DNA from: Lytechinus pictus | Lineage: Eukaryota | NCBI RefSeq assembly: GCF_037042905.1 | Contig: NC_087251.1 | Span: 12,960,001-13,020,000, forward strand | Reading direction: 5' to 3' | DNA length: 60,000 nt | In this document: positions 58,491 to 60,000 of the stretch, one piece after another | Layout of the letters: the number at the start of each line of letters is the position of its first letter | How positions within the stretch are numbered: the first letter of the stretch is position 1 | The notes under the pieces: model-generated | What the model was told of the DNA's origin: nothing | The model's input: the letters and a program-made list of their open reading frames with translations, nothing else | The model's database searches: none | Program-made: the position numbers and the translations under genes

Positions 58491-58999
58491 CTGTTCAGAC
58501 ACCTGTGACTTTCGACTAACACTATTTCAATTATCAGAATATGATTACCGTACTATGATTAAGATTTAGAAATATAGAAAAGAATGGGATGGAAAGAGAG
58601 AGAGAGGGAGGATACAGAGGTATCAAATAATCTAAATATATGTGAAATATATGAAGCTGTTTCCCATTTGTACAATATTCTCATCAATAACTATCCCTGA
58701 TGCAATAAAACTAAAGGCAAAAACTTGTCAGTGGTGAAGTTGCATTTGGAACTCCACTCAAGTACCGTACCTGTATATTTTGATTGTTGCATAAAAATCC
58801 ATTTATGCATGAATGTGTAGTACATGATCAATTTTTTTATGATGAATATCAGATTTCATATGGATGGTATATCATCAGAGGGGATTAACACTAAGGACAA
58901 TAAGCTCAGTACATCAATCAGAGGAAATCTCTGAGCATATTAATCGATCCTGTGAGTTAGTATTGTATACAATGTGTATAGAGAGTGGGAAACAAGTAA

Positions 59000-59772
59000 T
59001 ACCCCGTTTAGATCTACCAAAAATCTAGAGTGCTCTCGGAGGCTACCGCAGGTCGTCCTAGACGAGTCGTTAGATATAAATGGTCTAGCACAAAGCACGA
59101 ATCTGAGGGAATTGCGAGGGGAAGTTCACTCTAGACAGTCTAGCACAATTGCAGCATCACGCGGCGTGATCCACTGTTGGACTGTAGATCTAAACGGTCT
59201 CGGCGTGAATGCAGCGTAGAAAACGGAAGTCCTTCATCGGAGCGCGCGATTCTCTCATATATGTATGCACGTGATAGTCATCGTGTAAACAATGAGGCCG
59301 ATTTGCCAAACATATATTGACAAAAATAATATATGACACTATTGACTTTTAAAATGTATACTAAAAATTGTGTTACATTTTATATATATATTTTGTATTG
59401 GTACATGTATGTTGATTATTTTCTTATATTTTTATTCGCAAGGACGTTTTCAAAACAAGTGACTCGCTGGACTAGGCTAGCATGTGCAATTGTGATTGAA
59501 GTTTGGTAGTGAAAGTTGGTGTTTTGAAAGCTGTGGTTCGCTTTGAAAGTCCGAAAGTTGTTGTGTGGCGTGCGCTTTCCTCCTTGATTGACATTTTTGC
59601 CATGACAACGCAATTTGCGTGTCCAAGGGAGACGATGTATCTCGCGATCACCGCAGATGATCTAAACGGGCCCCCAATGTTCACCTCGTGTTTTGATATT
59701 GAATTTCATGCTGTGTTCGTTCTAGCCGATTGTCTAGCGTGACACCAGAGAGAGGTAGATCTAAACGGGGTA
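59000..59772. mobile_element. Harbinger-like MITE
   Basis: Perfect TIR TACCCCGTTTAGATCTACC; TAA duplication; internal GATCTAAACGG copies at about 59187 and 59659. Confidence 0.88.
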
Positions 59773-60000
59773 TAAGAGGGAGAAAAATTGTGAAGGGAAT
59801 GGGGTGAAGGGGCAGGTGGAGAAGTGAGAGGGGACGGGAGGCAAAGGTGTTTGCATGGTGAGGGGAGAGGGGAAAGATGGGAGAAACAGAAAGAGAGGAA
59901 AAAGGGGGATTATGAAAGAATCTATTGAATGAGAGTAGTAGGGTTACAATAATATGACACTACAACCAGCTGTTGATTCACAATTCATGTTTTGTTTACA

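Overview
Eukaryotic, AT-rich, intron-rich genomic DNA from an invertebrate animal. The repeat landscape and gene content suggest a deuterostome such as a sea urchin (inference). Five spliced protein-coding genes lie in alternating orientation: the 3' half of an MSK1/RPS6KA5-type dual-domain kinase (+, 7 exons, 8606-15645, with a long Pro/Ser-rich C-terminal extension and possibly a multi-kb 3' UTR), COA4/CHCHD8 (-, 2 exons), DTD2/ATD (+, 3 core exons plus a possible upstream micro-exon), a complete 13-exon MED17 (-, 637 aa), and the first three exons of TADA2B (+, ZZ zinc finger, one GC-AG intron). COA4/DTD2 and MED17/TADA2B are head-to-head pairs; the MED17 and TADA2B start codons are only 122 bp apart, with a CRE palindrome and a ZNF143-like site between them. 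The introns carry many non-autonomous DNA transposons (Harbinger-like, piggyBac-like, Tc1/pogo-like, a Kolobok-like foldback element, a Helentron-like element), two tRNA-derived SINEs, a 5'-truncated L1/Tx1 LINE with a 12-bp TSD, a Hero/R2-type LINE tail and a 23x86-bp minisatellite. There is no CRISPR array or prokaryotic system. The most unusual unexplained signal is a candidate multibranch RNA structure (4318-5491), split by a MITE, immediately upstream of a possible alternative splice acceptor in the MSK intron. All splice models were derived by hand from GT/AG signals, reading-frame continuity and remembered homology; no database searches were run.
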